Part shown: positions 6,786 through 14,087 of the stretch, in pieces
Position numbering within the stretch: position 1 is the first letter of the stretch
How the letters are laid out: every line of letters starts with the position of its first letter
DNA from: Thermoproteota archaeon
GTDB lineage: Archaea; Asgardarchaeota; Njordarchaeia; Njordarchaeales; Panguiarchaeaceae
Assembly (NCBI GenBank): GCA_024720975.1
Contig: JANJXX010000014.1
Coordinates: 1 to 14,087, forward strand
Reading direction: 5' to 3'
DNA length: 14,087 bases
Notes under the pieces: generated by a model
What the model saw: only the letters and a program-made list of their open reading frames with translations
The model's database searches: none
What the model was told of the DNA's origin: nothing
Program-made: the position numbers and the translations under genes

Positions 6786-7952
6786 ATGATCAAATTTATA
6801 GCTCAGAATAAAAAATTCGTAGCAATGGTAACTTTGTCTACTATAGCATTTATCCTTATGCTCTCTGCTCCACAGACAGTAGCTCTAGTTGGGCAGGGTG
6901 CTACATTCCCCGAACCGTTAATTATGGAGTGGATTATTCACTTTCAAAAGGAGTACAACAACATAACTGTCATTTATAAGGGGACGGGAAGCGGTGCTGG
7001 AGTGAAAGCTATTCTCAGTCGTACTGTTGATTTTGCTGGCAGCGATGCGCCTATGAGCCCCTCTGAGTGGAAATCTGCTAATAATCGCTATGGCCCAATA
7101 CTTCATATCCCCGAGACTATGGGTGGGATCGCAATCATTTTCAATATTCCAGGAATTAGTAGTTTGAATCTCACTGGTGAGGTTTTAGCCGACATATACC
7201 TCGGAAAAATAGAGTACTGGGATCATGAAAACATATCCAGTTTGAATCCTGGACTAAACCTTCCTCATGAGAAAATTTATGTCGTTAAAAGGGCTGACTC
7301 TAGCGGAACGACGTATGTATTCACTGATTATTTGTCCCATGTTAGTGAGGATTGGAAGAACACTATTGGAACTCAAAGAACATTTAGCTTTCCGGATGCC
7401 ATAGGGGACCGCGGATTATCTGGATATGGAAACGCAGGGGTGTCTCGAATAGTACAACAAACTCATTTCTCTATAGGATACGTTGAGTTCGCTTATGCTA
7501 TTAAGGGAAATCTCACCTCTGCTGCAATAAAAAATAGAGCTGGGAAATTCATCAAACCATCTCTAGAAACCATATCAAAAGCTGCTAGCTATGCTACTCA
7601 ACTCCCAGACCCAGAGGAATGCTGGTATGGCGTAAGTATAGTTAATTCGCCCGGTGAGGATACATATCCTATAGCATCTTTCACATATATTCTCGTCTAC
7701 AAATACCAGGAGGATCCTAGAAAATGCGCTGCCCTCAAAACATGGCTTCGTTGGATAATTACTAAGGGTCAAGAGTACTCCGAAAGCTTGCTATATCCAC
7801 GTCTTCCTCAAAATATCATTGAGCTAGGACTGGCTGCTGTTGAGAAAATTAAAACTAGGACAAATGTGAACACTGTTTCACTCCTTAGCATAACCTTTTG
7901 CTCATTTTTCACAACATACACCAGGGGAGGTGATTATGAGCATTTTAACTAA
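6786..7952 (+). CDS. pstS: Phosphate ABC transporter substrate-binding protein
   Basis: N-terminal signal/anchor; GATFP, GSGAG, DFAGSD, RADSSGTT, IGYVE, YPIASFTY motifs; first gene of the pst operon. Confidence 0.96.
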   Translation: MIKFIAQNKKFVAMVTLSTIAFILMLSAPQTVALVGQGATFPEPLIMEWIIHFQKEYNNITVIYKGTGSGAGVKAILSRTVDFAGSDAPMSPSEWKSANNRYGPILHIPETMGGIAIIFNIPGISSLNLTGEVLADIYLGKIEYWDHENISSLNPGLNLPHEKIYVVKRADSSGTTYVFTDYLSHVSEDWKNTIGTQRTFSFPDAIGDRGLSGYGNAGVSRIVQQTHFSIGYVEFAYAIKGNLTSAAIKNRAGKFIKPSLETISKAASYATQLPDPEECWYGVSIVNSPGEDTYPIASFTYILVYKYQEDPRKCAALKTWLRWIITKGQEYSESLLYPRLPQNIIELGLAAVEKIKTRTNVNTVSLLSITFCSFFTTYTRGGDYEHFN

Positions 7953-8859
7953 AGTTAGGAAATGGTTTCTAAGATTCGACCCCTTGGGCTCTATATCTGC
8001 ATTTTCTGGCGTGTTTTTGGTTGTGTTGATAGCAGTTTTCATAGCTGCATTGTTATATCATAGCGCACCAGTCTTTGAGAAATTTGGATTAAACTTCATT
8101 ACTGGAGGAACTTGGAACCCCATGAAGGACATCTATGGAGCTCTTCCCTTCATTTGGGGGACTTTCATAACTTCAGCGATAGCAATAGTCCTTGCAGTTG
8201 TATTAAGCTATGGCGCAGCTTATTTTATTGTTGAGATAGCACCTCTGAAGCTTAGAGAATTCCTTTCATCGATTGTTGAGCTAATAGTTGCTATACCGAG
8301 TGTCATCATAGGTCTTTGGGGGATGTTCTACGTAGTTCCATTTGTTAGGGACACACTCAAGAGCATTCTATCACCACTCAGTTCAATACCACTGTTTGGT
8401 GGCACGACAAGTGGATACTCCTACATGGCAGCAATAATTGTTCTGACATTTATGATTACTCCAATATCAACATCATTCATAAAAAACGCTATGGAGAGCG
8501 TGCCTATCGAACTAAAAGAGGCTGCTTATGCACTTGGCGCAACAAAATATGAGGTTTTTAGAATAGTCTCTAGACCACTTGCTAGAAGATCCGCACTAGC
8601 AGGGGTTGTATTAGCATACGGAAGAGCTATTGGTGAAACAATGGCCGTAGTCATGGTTATAGGAAATAGTCCAACGATATCGATCTCTCTATTCAACCCA
8701 GGATATACACTGGCAGCGGTAATCGCTAATGAATTTCTTGAAGCGACAACAACTCTCCATGTATCAGCGTTGATCGCGCTCGGGGCAATTTTGCTTGCTT
8801 GGTCTTTGATTGTGAACATTTTGGCAGCATTTGTGCTTAGGCTGGTGAGAGCACAATGA
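7936..8859 (+). CDS. pstC: Phosphate ABC transporter permease
   Basis: WNP..YGALP, AIPSVIIGLWG, EAA loop EAAYALGAT, RAIGETMAV. ATG 7936 is preceded by a perfect SD GGAGGTGA (7926-7933); overlaps the pstS end by 17 nt. Confidence 0.96.
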   Translation: MSILTKVRKWFLRFDPLGSISAFSGVFLVVLIAVFIAALLYHSAPVFEKFGLNFITGGTWNPMKDIYGALPFIWGTFITSAIAIVLAVVLSYGAAYFIVEIAPLKLREFLSSIVELIVAIPSVIIGLWGMFYVVPFVRDTLKSILSPLSSIPLFGGTTSGYSYMAAIIVLTFMITPISTSFIKNAMESVPIELKEAAYALGATKYEVFRIVSRPLARRSALAGVVLAYGRAIGETMAVVMVIGNSPTISISLFNPGYTLAAVIANEFLEATTTLHVSALIALGAILLAWSLIVNILAAFVLRLVRAQ

Positions 8860-9689
8860 AGAGGCTTAGGAATCTTATAGATAAATCTTACACAGCACTT
8901 GCTGCATGTTCCTTTTTCATTCTGGTACTCCCACTACTGCATATAATAGGCTCCATAATAATAAATGGATTAAAAAGATTTGACTTAGAGCTTATTACGA
9001 GTCCACCTAAATCGTTGCTAAGCGCCGGCGGTGGAATTCTCCACGCAATCGTCGGCACGGCTATGGTAGTCTTTGTAGCCATGATAATAAGTTTACCCAT
9101 TGGATTCCTTACAGGCATTTACTTAGCGGAGTTTGCTCGAGGAAAACTCGCGCAGATTATTCGAGCATTAATAACAACAATAGCTGGCATTCCATCAATA
9201 ATCGTCGGAGTATTCGCGTACACAATAATAGTTGTAGTATATGGTTTCTCTGTACTTGCTGGAGGTTTCGCTCTTGGCTTTATATCAATCCCCTACGTTG
9301 TCAGAAGCACCGAGGAGGCATTGAAAGCCGTCCCGATAGAAATAAAAGAGGCAGGGTTCTCTCTTGGAATTCCTAGGTGGAAGGTTATTCTATTTATTGA
9401 TGTTGGATATGCAAAATCTAGAATAATAGCTGGATTTTTACTAGCACTAGCCAGAGTCATAGGCGAAACAGCACCTTTAATTGTAACAATCCTAGGCGGG
9501 ATAAACATTCCGAGCGGCCTATTTTCACCTGCTAATGCGATTCCTCTAGTGATTTATCAATATGCACTTTCTCCCTTCAAAGCATGGCATGATATAGCTT
9601 GGTCTGCAGCACTTCTATTGCTTATAATAGCCTTGGTAATGAATCTTGGCGTTAGGTATTATCTAAAAATAAAAGCCATCTATTATTAA
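8856..9689 (+). CDS. pstA: Phosphate ABC transporter permease
   Basis: [44 protein letters not shown] overlap with the pstC stop. Confidence 0.96.
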   Translation: MKRLRNLIDKSYTALAACSFFILVLPLLHIIGSIIINGLKRFDLELITSPPKSLLSAGGGILHAIVGTAMVVFVAMIISLPIGFLTGIYLAEFARGKLAQIIRALITTIAGIPSIIVGVFAYTIIVVVYGFSVLAGGFALGFISIPYVVRSTEEALKAVPIEIKEAGFSLGIPRWKVILFIDVGYAKSRIIAGFLLALARVIGETAPLIVTILGGINIPSGLFSPANAIPLVIYQYALSPFKAWHDIAWSAALLLLIIALVMNLGVRYYLKIKAIYY

Positions 9690-9700
9690 GGTGCATAGTT

Positions 9701-10459
9701 TTGTTCGGCATCAAAATTGAAACTAAAGATCTTAGCGTCTGGTATAAGGACAAGCAGATATTAAAAGAAATATTCCTGTCAATACCAGAGAAACAAATAA
9801 CGGCAATAATGGGTCCAAGCGGCTGCGGAAAGACAACACTCCTAAAGGCTCTTAACAGACTACTAGACATTCATGAGGGCTATAAAGTTTCCGGTGAAGT
9901 TCTCCTCGATGGCAACAATGTATACGACCCCAAAGTTAACCCAATGGAAATCCGGGCCAGGATCGGCATGGTTTTCCAAAAGCCTAGCCCATTCCCTCAC
10001 CTATCAATATACGACAATGTTGTTGTAGGACTTAAACTTCGTGGGATAACTGACAAAAAATACCTAGACGATGTCGTTAAAGAAGTCCTTAATAAAGTTG
10101 GCCTATGGGATGAGGTCAAAGATAGACTAGAAAGCTCCGCTGCAAAGTTATCTGGGGGTCAGCAGCAAAGGTTATGCATAGCTAGAGCCCTTGCACTAAA
10201 CCCCGAAGTATTACTCCTAGACGAGCCTACATCAGCTCTTGATCCAATATCTGCAGCAAAAATAGAGAGCCTATTGCTTGACCTTAAAAAAGAATATACA
10301 ATCATTATAGTTACACATAACATCCAACAAGCAGCTAGGATTAGCGATTACGCCGCGTTCCTTTATATGGGTCAGTTAATAGAGTTTGGTAAAACGCAGG
10401 AAATATTTACAAATCCAAAAAATGAGCTCACAGAGAAATACGTCGAGGGGAGGATGTAA
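9701..10459 (+). CDS. pstB: Phosphate ABC transporter ATP-binding protein
   Basis: Walker [49 protein letters not shown] start after AAGGTG. Confidence 0.97.
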   Translation: MFGIKIETKDLSVWYKDKQILKEIFLSIPEKQITAIMGPSGCGKTTLLKALNRLLDIHEGYKVSGEVLLDGNNVYDPKVNPMEIRARIGMVFQKPSPFPHLSIYDNVVVGLKLRGITDKKYLDDVVKEVLNKVGLWDEVKDRLESSAAKLSGGQQQRLCIARALALNPEVLLLDEPTSALDPISAAKIESLLLDLKKEYTIIIVTHNIQQAARISDYAAFLYMGQLIEFGKTQEIFTNPKNELTEKYVEGRM

Positions 10460-11097
10460 TGATGGAAAGAGTGACTTTAGAGGCTAAAATGAGAAAGCTT
10501 GAGGATATGCTTCTGAGAATGCATGTGATAACAAAGCAAAGCATGGAAGCTATAATAGGACTACCTAGCAACAATGCATGGGAAACAATAAGGGAGTTAG
10601 AATACACAACTGATATAATCAACTGGGAATTATTTGAGGAAGCTGTAATGACAATAGCAACTCAACAACCAACAGCAAGAGATCTAAGATTCATAATTAT
10701 GGTTGCAAGCATAGCATCAATATACGAAAGGATAAATGATCTGGCTCTAGATATTGCAACATGCGTGGGAAAAATAGGCAAAATACCGCAAGAGCTCGAT
10801 AAAAATCTTAAAACTATATTAGATGCGATACTAAACATGCTTGAAGTAACTAGAAAGGCCATGGCAACTCATAGCTTCATTAATCTATATGACACGCTTA
10901 GCAAGCTCGATGATGTAATCGATAACAATTTCCGAGAAATCTTAGACTTCATTAAAAACAGCAAAGATCTACCAGCAGAAGTGATGCTAAACCTAGTAAT
11001 GATATTCAGAGATCTAGAAAGGATCGGAGACCTCATGGGAAAAATAGGATCAAGACTCATATATATAGAAACTGGTAAGATGATACCCATAAAATAA
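10459..11097 (+). CDS. phoU: Phosphate signalling/uptake regulator PhoU
   Basis: Two PhoU repeats: QQPTARDLR, YERINDLA, LERIGD. TAATG overlap with pstB; SD GGGGAGG. Confidence 0.93.
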   Translation: MMERVTLEAKMRKLEDMLLRMHVITKQSMEAIIGLPSNNAWETIRELEYTTDIINWELFEEAVMTIATQQPTARDLRFIIMVASIASIYERINDLALDIATCVGKIGKIPQELDKNLKTILDAILNMLEVTRKAMATHSFINLYDTLSKLDDVIDNNFREILDFIKNSKDLPAEVMLNLVMIFRDLERIGDLMGKIGSRLIYIETGKMIPIK

Positions 11098-11127
11098 GCC
11101 ATACACTCCCAATGTTTAAAGCACTAA

Positions 11128-11156
11128 TGTAGAGCTATTTGCATAGTTCGCTCATT
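11128..11156 (+). terminator. Hairpin downstream of the pst operon (possible terminator or 3' stabiliser)
   Basis: GAGCTAT-TTGC-ATAGTTC (11132-11149) with outer AATG/CATT pairing. There is no strong U-tract. Confidence 0.3.
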
Positions 11157-11342
11157 CTGCGGACGAAAAATCATCTCCAAAGACCAAAACATCTAAGAAT
11201 TTAATCCCAGCAGCTAAAATAATGCCAGGATTTGCACTCTAAGTTAAATTAAAAAAAGTTTTTAAACATATACTGTGAAAGTCTAATGTTCATTTATAAG
11301 CTATTTTCTCACTTGTAAATTACTTAACTGGGGCGACGAAGT

Positions 11343-11936
11343 TTGGAACCAGAAAAAATGCTTAAAATTGGCGGGTACGCTGGCATAGTTCTTGCAATCC
11401 TGACAATATCAGGTCTGCTAGTGTACTCAATCTATATCTTGCCACCATTGATGGAAGAAAACGTAGGAGCTTTAACGGCCTCACTAATAATCATAGCAGG
11501 TATATCTATAATCCTGACCGGACCTTCGTACGTACTCTTTGGCCTGGGATTTCAAGGAGGTGCCAAGAAGTTCGGTAAGGGAATAGGTACAGGGGCATTT
11601 GTAATGGCATTACTGGCAGGCATATTCATTATGATCACGGGCTTTGGTGTAATCGGCCTCCTTGCCGCACTGGCTGCGGAGAGTTTAGAAGCGGCACTAG
11701 CAGCACTTCTTATACTAGGGATTGGAATACTACTCTACGCACTATTTGTCTTTATATTTAACATACTAGCCATCATATACTTCTTTAGCACCGAACAGGG
11801 TACGATTGGTGGTGTTGGTGGAATCTTACTCCTCATAGGGCAATTGATAAGTTTAGGAGTAGGCATAGGATACATAATAACTCTTATCGGACTTATTTTG
11901 ATGGGAATTTGCTTGCTTAAACAATCTAAATTATAA
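11343..11936 (+). CDS. Gly-rich multi-pass membrane protein, unknown function
   Basis: About 6 hydrophobic helices. Start is TTG 11343 after GGGGCGA, or ATG 11358. TATA-like TTTATAA lies upstream at ~11293. Confidence 0.8.
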   Translation: MEPEKMLKIGGYAGIVLAILTISGLLVYSIYILPPLMEENVGALTASLIIIAGISIILTGPSYVLFGLGFQGGAKKFGKGIGTGAFVMALLAGIFIMITGFGVIGLLAALAAESLEAALAALLILGIGILLYALFVFIFNILAIIYFFSTEQGTIGGVGGILLLIGQLISLGVGIGYIITLIGLILMGICLLKQSKL

Positions 11937-11979
11937 GGAATTTCTCTTCATTCTTTTTTGGATATACTGGTGGATATCA

Positions 11980-12579
11980 TTGCTCCCACAATTTATCACA
12001 AACTTCGTTGAAGAGGCTAAGGGCGAATTAGCTAAGTTCCTTGAAGCGACTAGTAGGTCATTCAAAACTGGTTTTCCCCTGGTCTTCATATACAAGAGAG
12101 AAATAAATGAAAAGGACCTGCCAGACATAGTTCAATACGTGAATCTTTTAAAGTACTCCAAAGTGGAGGAAGTTTTCCTGAGAGGCCTTCGTGCTAGACT
12201 TGAGATGAAAAAGGCTGGTAAGGCGGAAAAAGCTTGCGTATCTGGATATTTTTCCACCGAGCTCAAGGGACCGTTGAATATACTTATTGAAACTTTGGAT
12301 AAACCAAAAACTGTTAGGTTCAATCAAAGAGAGCGTGTAAGCATACAATTAATTGTAAGTCCCTTTCACAAGAGCATAATGCTAGTTTTCATGTTTAAAC
12401 TATTTCATGTAGATCAGGGGAAATTCCCAATGCATTCAATGATTGATATGTCGGAGTATAACATCAGAACAATAATTGCATATGCCGAAGCCCAGCTCAG
12501 GGGATACAGCCTATTACCAATTGTCAAAGAGGAGCTTGATAATATTTTCAAGTCCATAGTTGACATAATCTCTCCCTAG
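11980..12579 (+). CDS. Hypothetical soluble protein (199 aa)
   Basis: Uninterrupted ORF with normal composition; TTG start after GGTGG; no recognised motif. Confidence 0.7.
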   Translation: MLPQFITNFVEEAKGELAKFLEATSRSFKTGFPLVFIYKREINEKDLPDIVQYVNLLKYSKVEEVFLRGLRARLEMKKAGKAEKACVSGYFSTELKGPLNILIETLDKPKTVRFNQRERVSIQLIVSPFHKSIMLVFMFKLFHVDQGKFPMHSMIDMSEYNIRTIIAYAEAQLRGYSLLPIVKEELDNIFKSIVDIISP

Positions 12580-12754
12580 CTCTCGCTATAACTGAAAGTC
12601 TTGTCCTTTAGGACGAAAAGGAGGGTAGTACCAATTGATTATCATTGTTGCTTTTTTGCAGTTTGAATCTTTGTGATAAGTGTTAGAGTTATATAGCTTC
12701 GATTGAAGTTCTTATCAGGGAGTGTTTAGCTGGGTTTTAGACTTGGATGAAGGC

Positions 12755-13009
12755 ATGAGGATTGATGTTATTAAGAGGGATACGCACAAGATGGAGATTC
12801 TAGTCTATATGGGAGAGGATATAATATTCAGGCATTTAGTGGAGCTAAATCCTGAAGTTTTCAGCGAAGAAGAGGCTGAAGCATTGATGCAAATGTGGGC
12901 CCAGATAATAAAGACTCAAATATATCTTTTAAGCGAAGGTAAAAGCCTCGTAGAGAAGCTATTTAAGAGTTTATTTAGGGACGACTCAGAGGATGAAGAA
13001 TACTCTTAG
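12755..13009 (+). CDS. Small acidic hypothetical protein
   Basis: ORF 12722-13009; the start is uncertain (GTG 12722, TTG 12743 or ATG 12755). TATA-like TTATATA at 12689-12695; acidic tail DDSEDEEYS. Confidence 0.7.
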   Translation: MRIDVIKRDTHKMEILVYMGEDIIFRHLVELNPEVFSEEEAEALMQMWAQIIKTQIYLLSEGKSLVEKLFKSLFRDDSEDEEYS

Positions 13010-13036
13010 GGGTTGTCAAAATCTCGCCCTTAGCTT

Positions 13037-13060
13037 GCCTAGCTTTTGTTGGGCTTCTTT
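13037..13060 (+). terminator. Hairpin plus U-rich tract after the small acidic gene
   Basis: GCCTAGC-TTTT-GTTGGGC (7 bp including G-U pairs) followed by TTCTTT. Confidence 0.4.
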
Positions 13061-13143
13061 ACTAATTATTGAACAATTGCACTAGTTGCAGGTATTGCGA
13101 CCAATTATAAGATACTTTATTAGTAATTTCTAGGGATTTACGG

Positions 13144-14087
13144 ATGCATGTCGAGCAAATCATAGACATTGTCGAAAAACATAACGCTTGGCGTGGAAGA
13201 GAGTGTATTAATCTCGTTGCATCAGAGAATGTGATGTCAACGCTAGCAAAGAAACTTTATCTATCAGACTTTATGCATCGATATAATGAACACTTTGAAG
13301 AGAGTCACTATCAGGGAACTGAATACTGTATGGAGATTGAAAATATTGTTAAGGAGATCTTCGGTAGGAGATTTCAGACGGATAAGGTAGAGCCTAGACC
13401 CTTAAGTGGTGGGCAAGCAAATCTAATCGTTTTGTCGGCACTTACATCGCCAGGAGATACGGTTATCTCGGTAGGATTGACTTCTGGAGCTCATGTATCT
13501 CACACAAAATTTGGCGTTGCTGGAATTCTCCACTTGAATGAAGTCGTTGCTGTTAATAATGACGATCTTACAATAAATGTTGATGCAACAGCAAAGATTG
13601 TGAGAGAAGAGAAACCTAAACTGATAATTCTAGGTCGCTCACTTGTCTTATTCCCGGAGCCTCTTAGAGAGCTTAGAAGTGAAATTGACTCGGACATACT
13701 AATTGTTTATGATGTTGCACATGTCTTCGGTCTAATCTATGTTGGCATGTTTCAGGAGCCCCTTGAGGAAGGCGCAGATGTCATAACTACATCGACTCAT
13801 AAAACATTCCCAGGGCCACAAGGAGGTCTAATTATTGCGAGGAAGGATTTTCCAGAAAAGCTATGGAAGAAAATCTATTACACAACGTTTCCTGGTTTAG
13901 TTTATAATCATCATATCCATCGCCTACCAGCACTAGCTGTTACAGCTCTAGAAATGAATCTATACGGCAAAGAGTACATGATGCAAACAGTCAGAAACGC
14001 GAAAAGATTTGCTGAGGAACTCTACAACAGAGGATTTAAGGTGTTATGTGCGGATCGAGGCTTCACAGAAACTCATCAGGTCTTAAT
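13144..14087 (+). CDS. glyA: Serine hydroxymethyltransferase (archaeal type, divergent), 3'-truncated by the window edge
   Basis: Not in the ORF track because there is no stop in the window. Manual translation from ATG 13144: MHVEQIIDIVEKHNAWRGRECINLVASEN...HYQG...PLSGGQAN...GAHVSH...YDVAHVFGL...TTSTHKTFPGPQGG (PLP Lys)...FPGLVYNHH...GFTETHQVL. Confidence 0.92.
   Translation, partial: MHVEQIIDIVEKHNAWRGRECINLVASENVMSTLAKKLYLSDFMHRYNEHFEESHYQGTEYCMEIENIVKEIFGRRFQTDKVEPRPLSGGQANLIVLSALTSPGDTVISVGLTSGAHVSHTKFGVAGILHLNEVVAVNNDDLTINVDATAKIVREEKPKLIILGRSLVLFPEPLRELRSEIDSDILIVYDVAHVFGLIYVGMFQEPLEEGADVITTSTHKTFPGPQGGLIIARKDFPEKLWKKIYYTTFPGLVYNHHIHRLPALAVTALEMNLYGKEYMMQTVRNAKRFAEELYNRGFKVLCADRGFTETHQVL

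Noticed and set aside
11161-11170. GGACGAA recurring in three intergenic regions (~3401-3407 minus, 11161, 12611)
   Set aside because: It is only 7 nt with unrelated flanks, which is compatible with chance.
95-13697. Antisense and nested short ORFs in the track (e.g. 95-364, 1345-1782, 3628-3969, 3862-4149, 5289-5486, 8526-8819, 10869-11102, 13500-13697)
   Set aside because: They overlap well-supported genes and have no motifs; these are shadow ORFs.
1-14087. CRISPR array, tRNA/rRNA, IS element or integrase
   Set aside because: No regularly spaced repeats, cloverleaf, rRNA sequence, transposase/integrase ORF or target-site duplication was seen.

Overview
Archaeal chromosomal segment, inferred from GGAGGTGA/GGTG Shine-Dalgarno sites, TATA-like promoters, an archaeal-type SHMT and a stand-alone ADP-forming acyl-CoA synthetase alpha subunit. 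The lineage may be TACK or Asgard, but this is not determined. Gene order: 3' part of acdA (+), a large C2H2-finger/TPR protein (+), a small membrane protein (+), a YkgJ/CxxCxxCC Fe-S/Zn protein (+), fused guaA (-), a complete pstSCAB-phoU operon (+), three hypothetical genes (+), and a divergent glyA that runs off the right edge and is absent from the ORF track. The most interesting signal is non-coding. There is a canonical-looking box C/D guide sRNA at 3376-3430 (-) whose 3' extension folds back on it as a ~115-nt hairpin. There is also an unexplained, GC-elevated ~210-nt multi-branched RNA candidate at 4745-4960 (+) between convergent genes. No mobile element, CRISPR array, tRNA or rRNA was seen.
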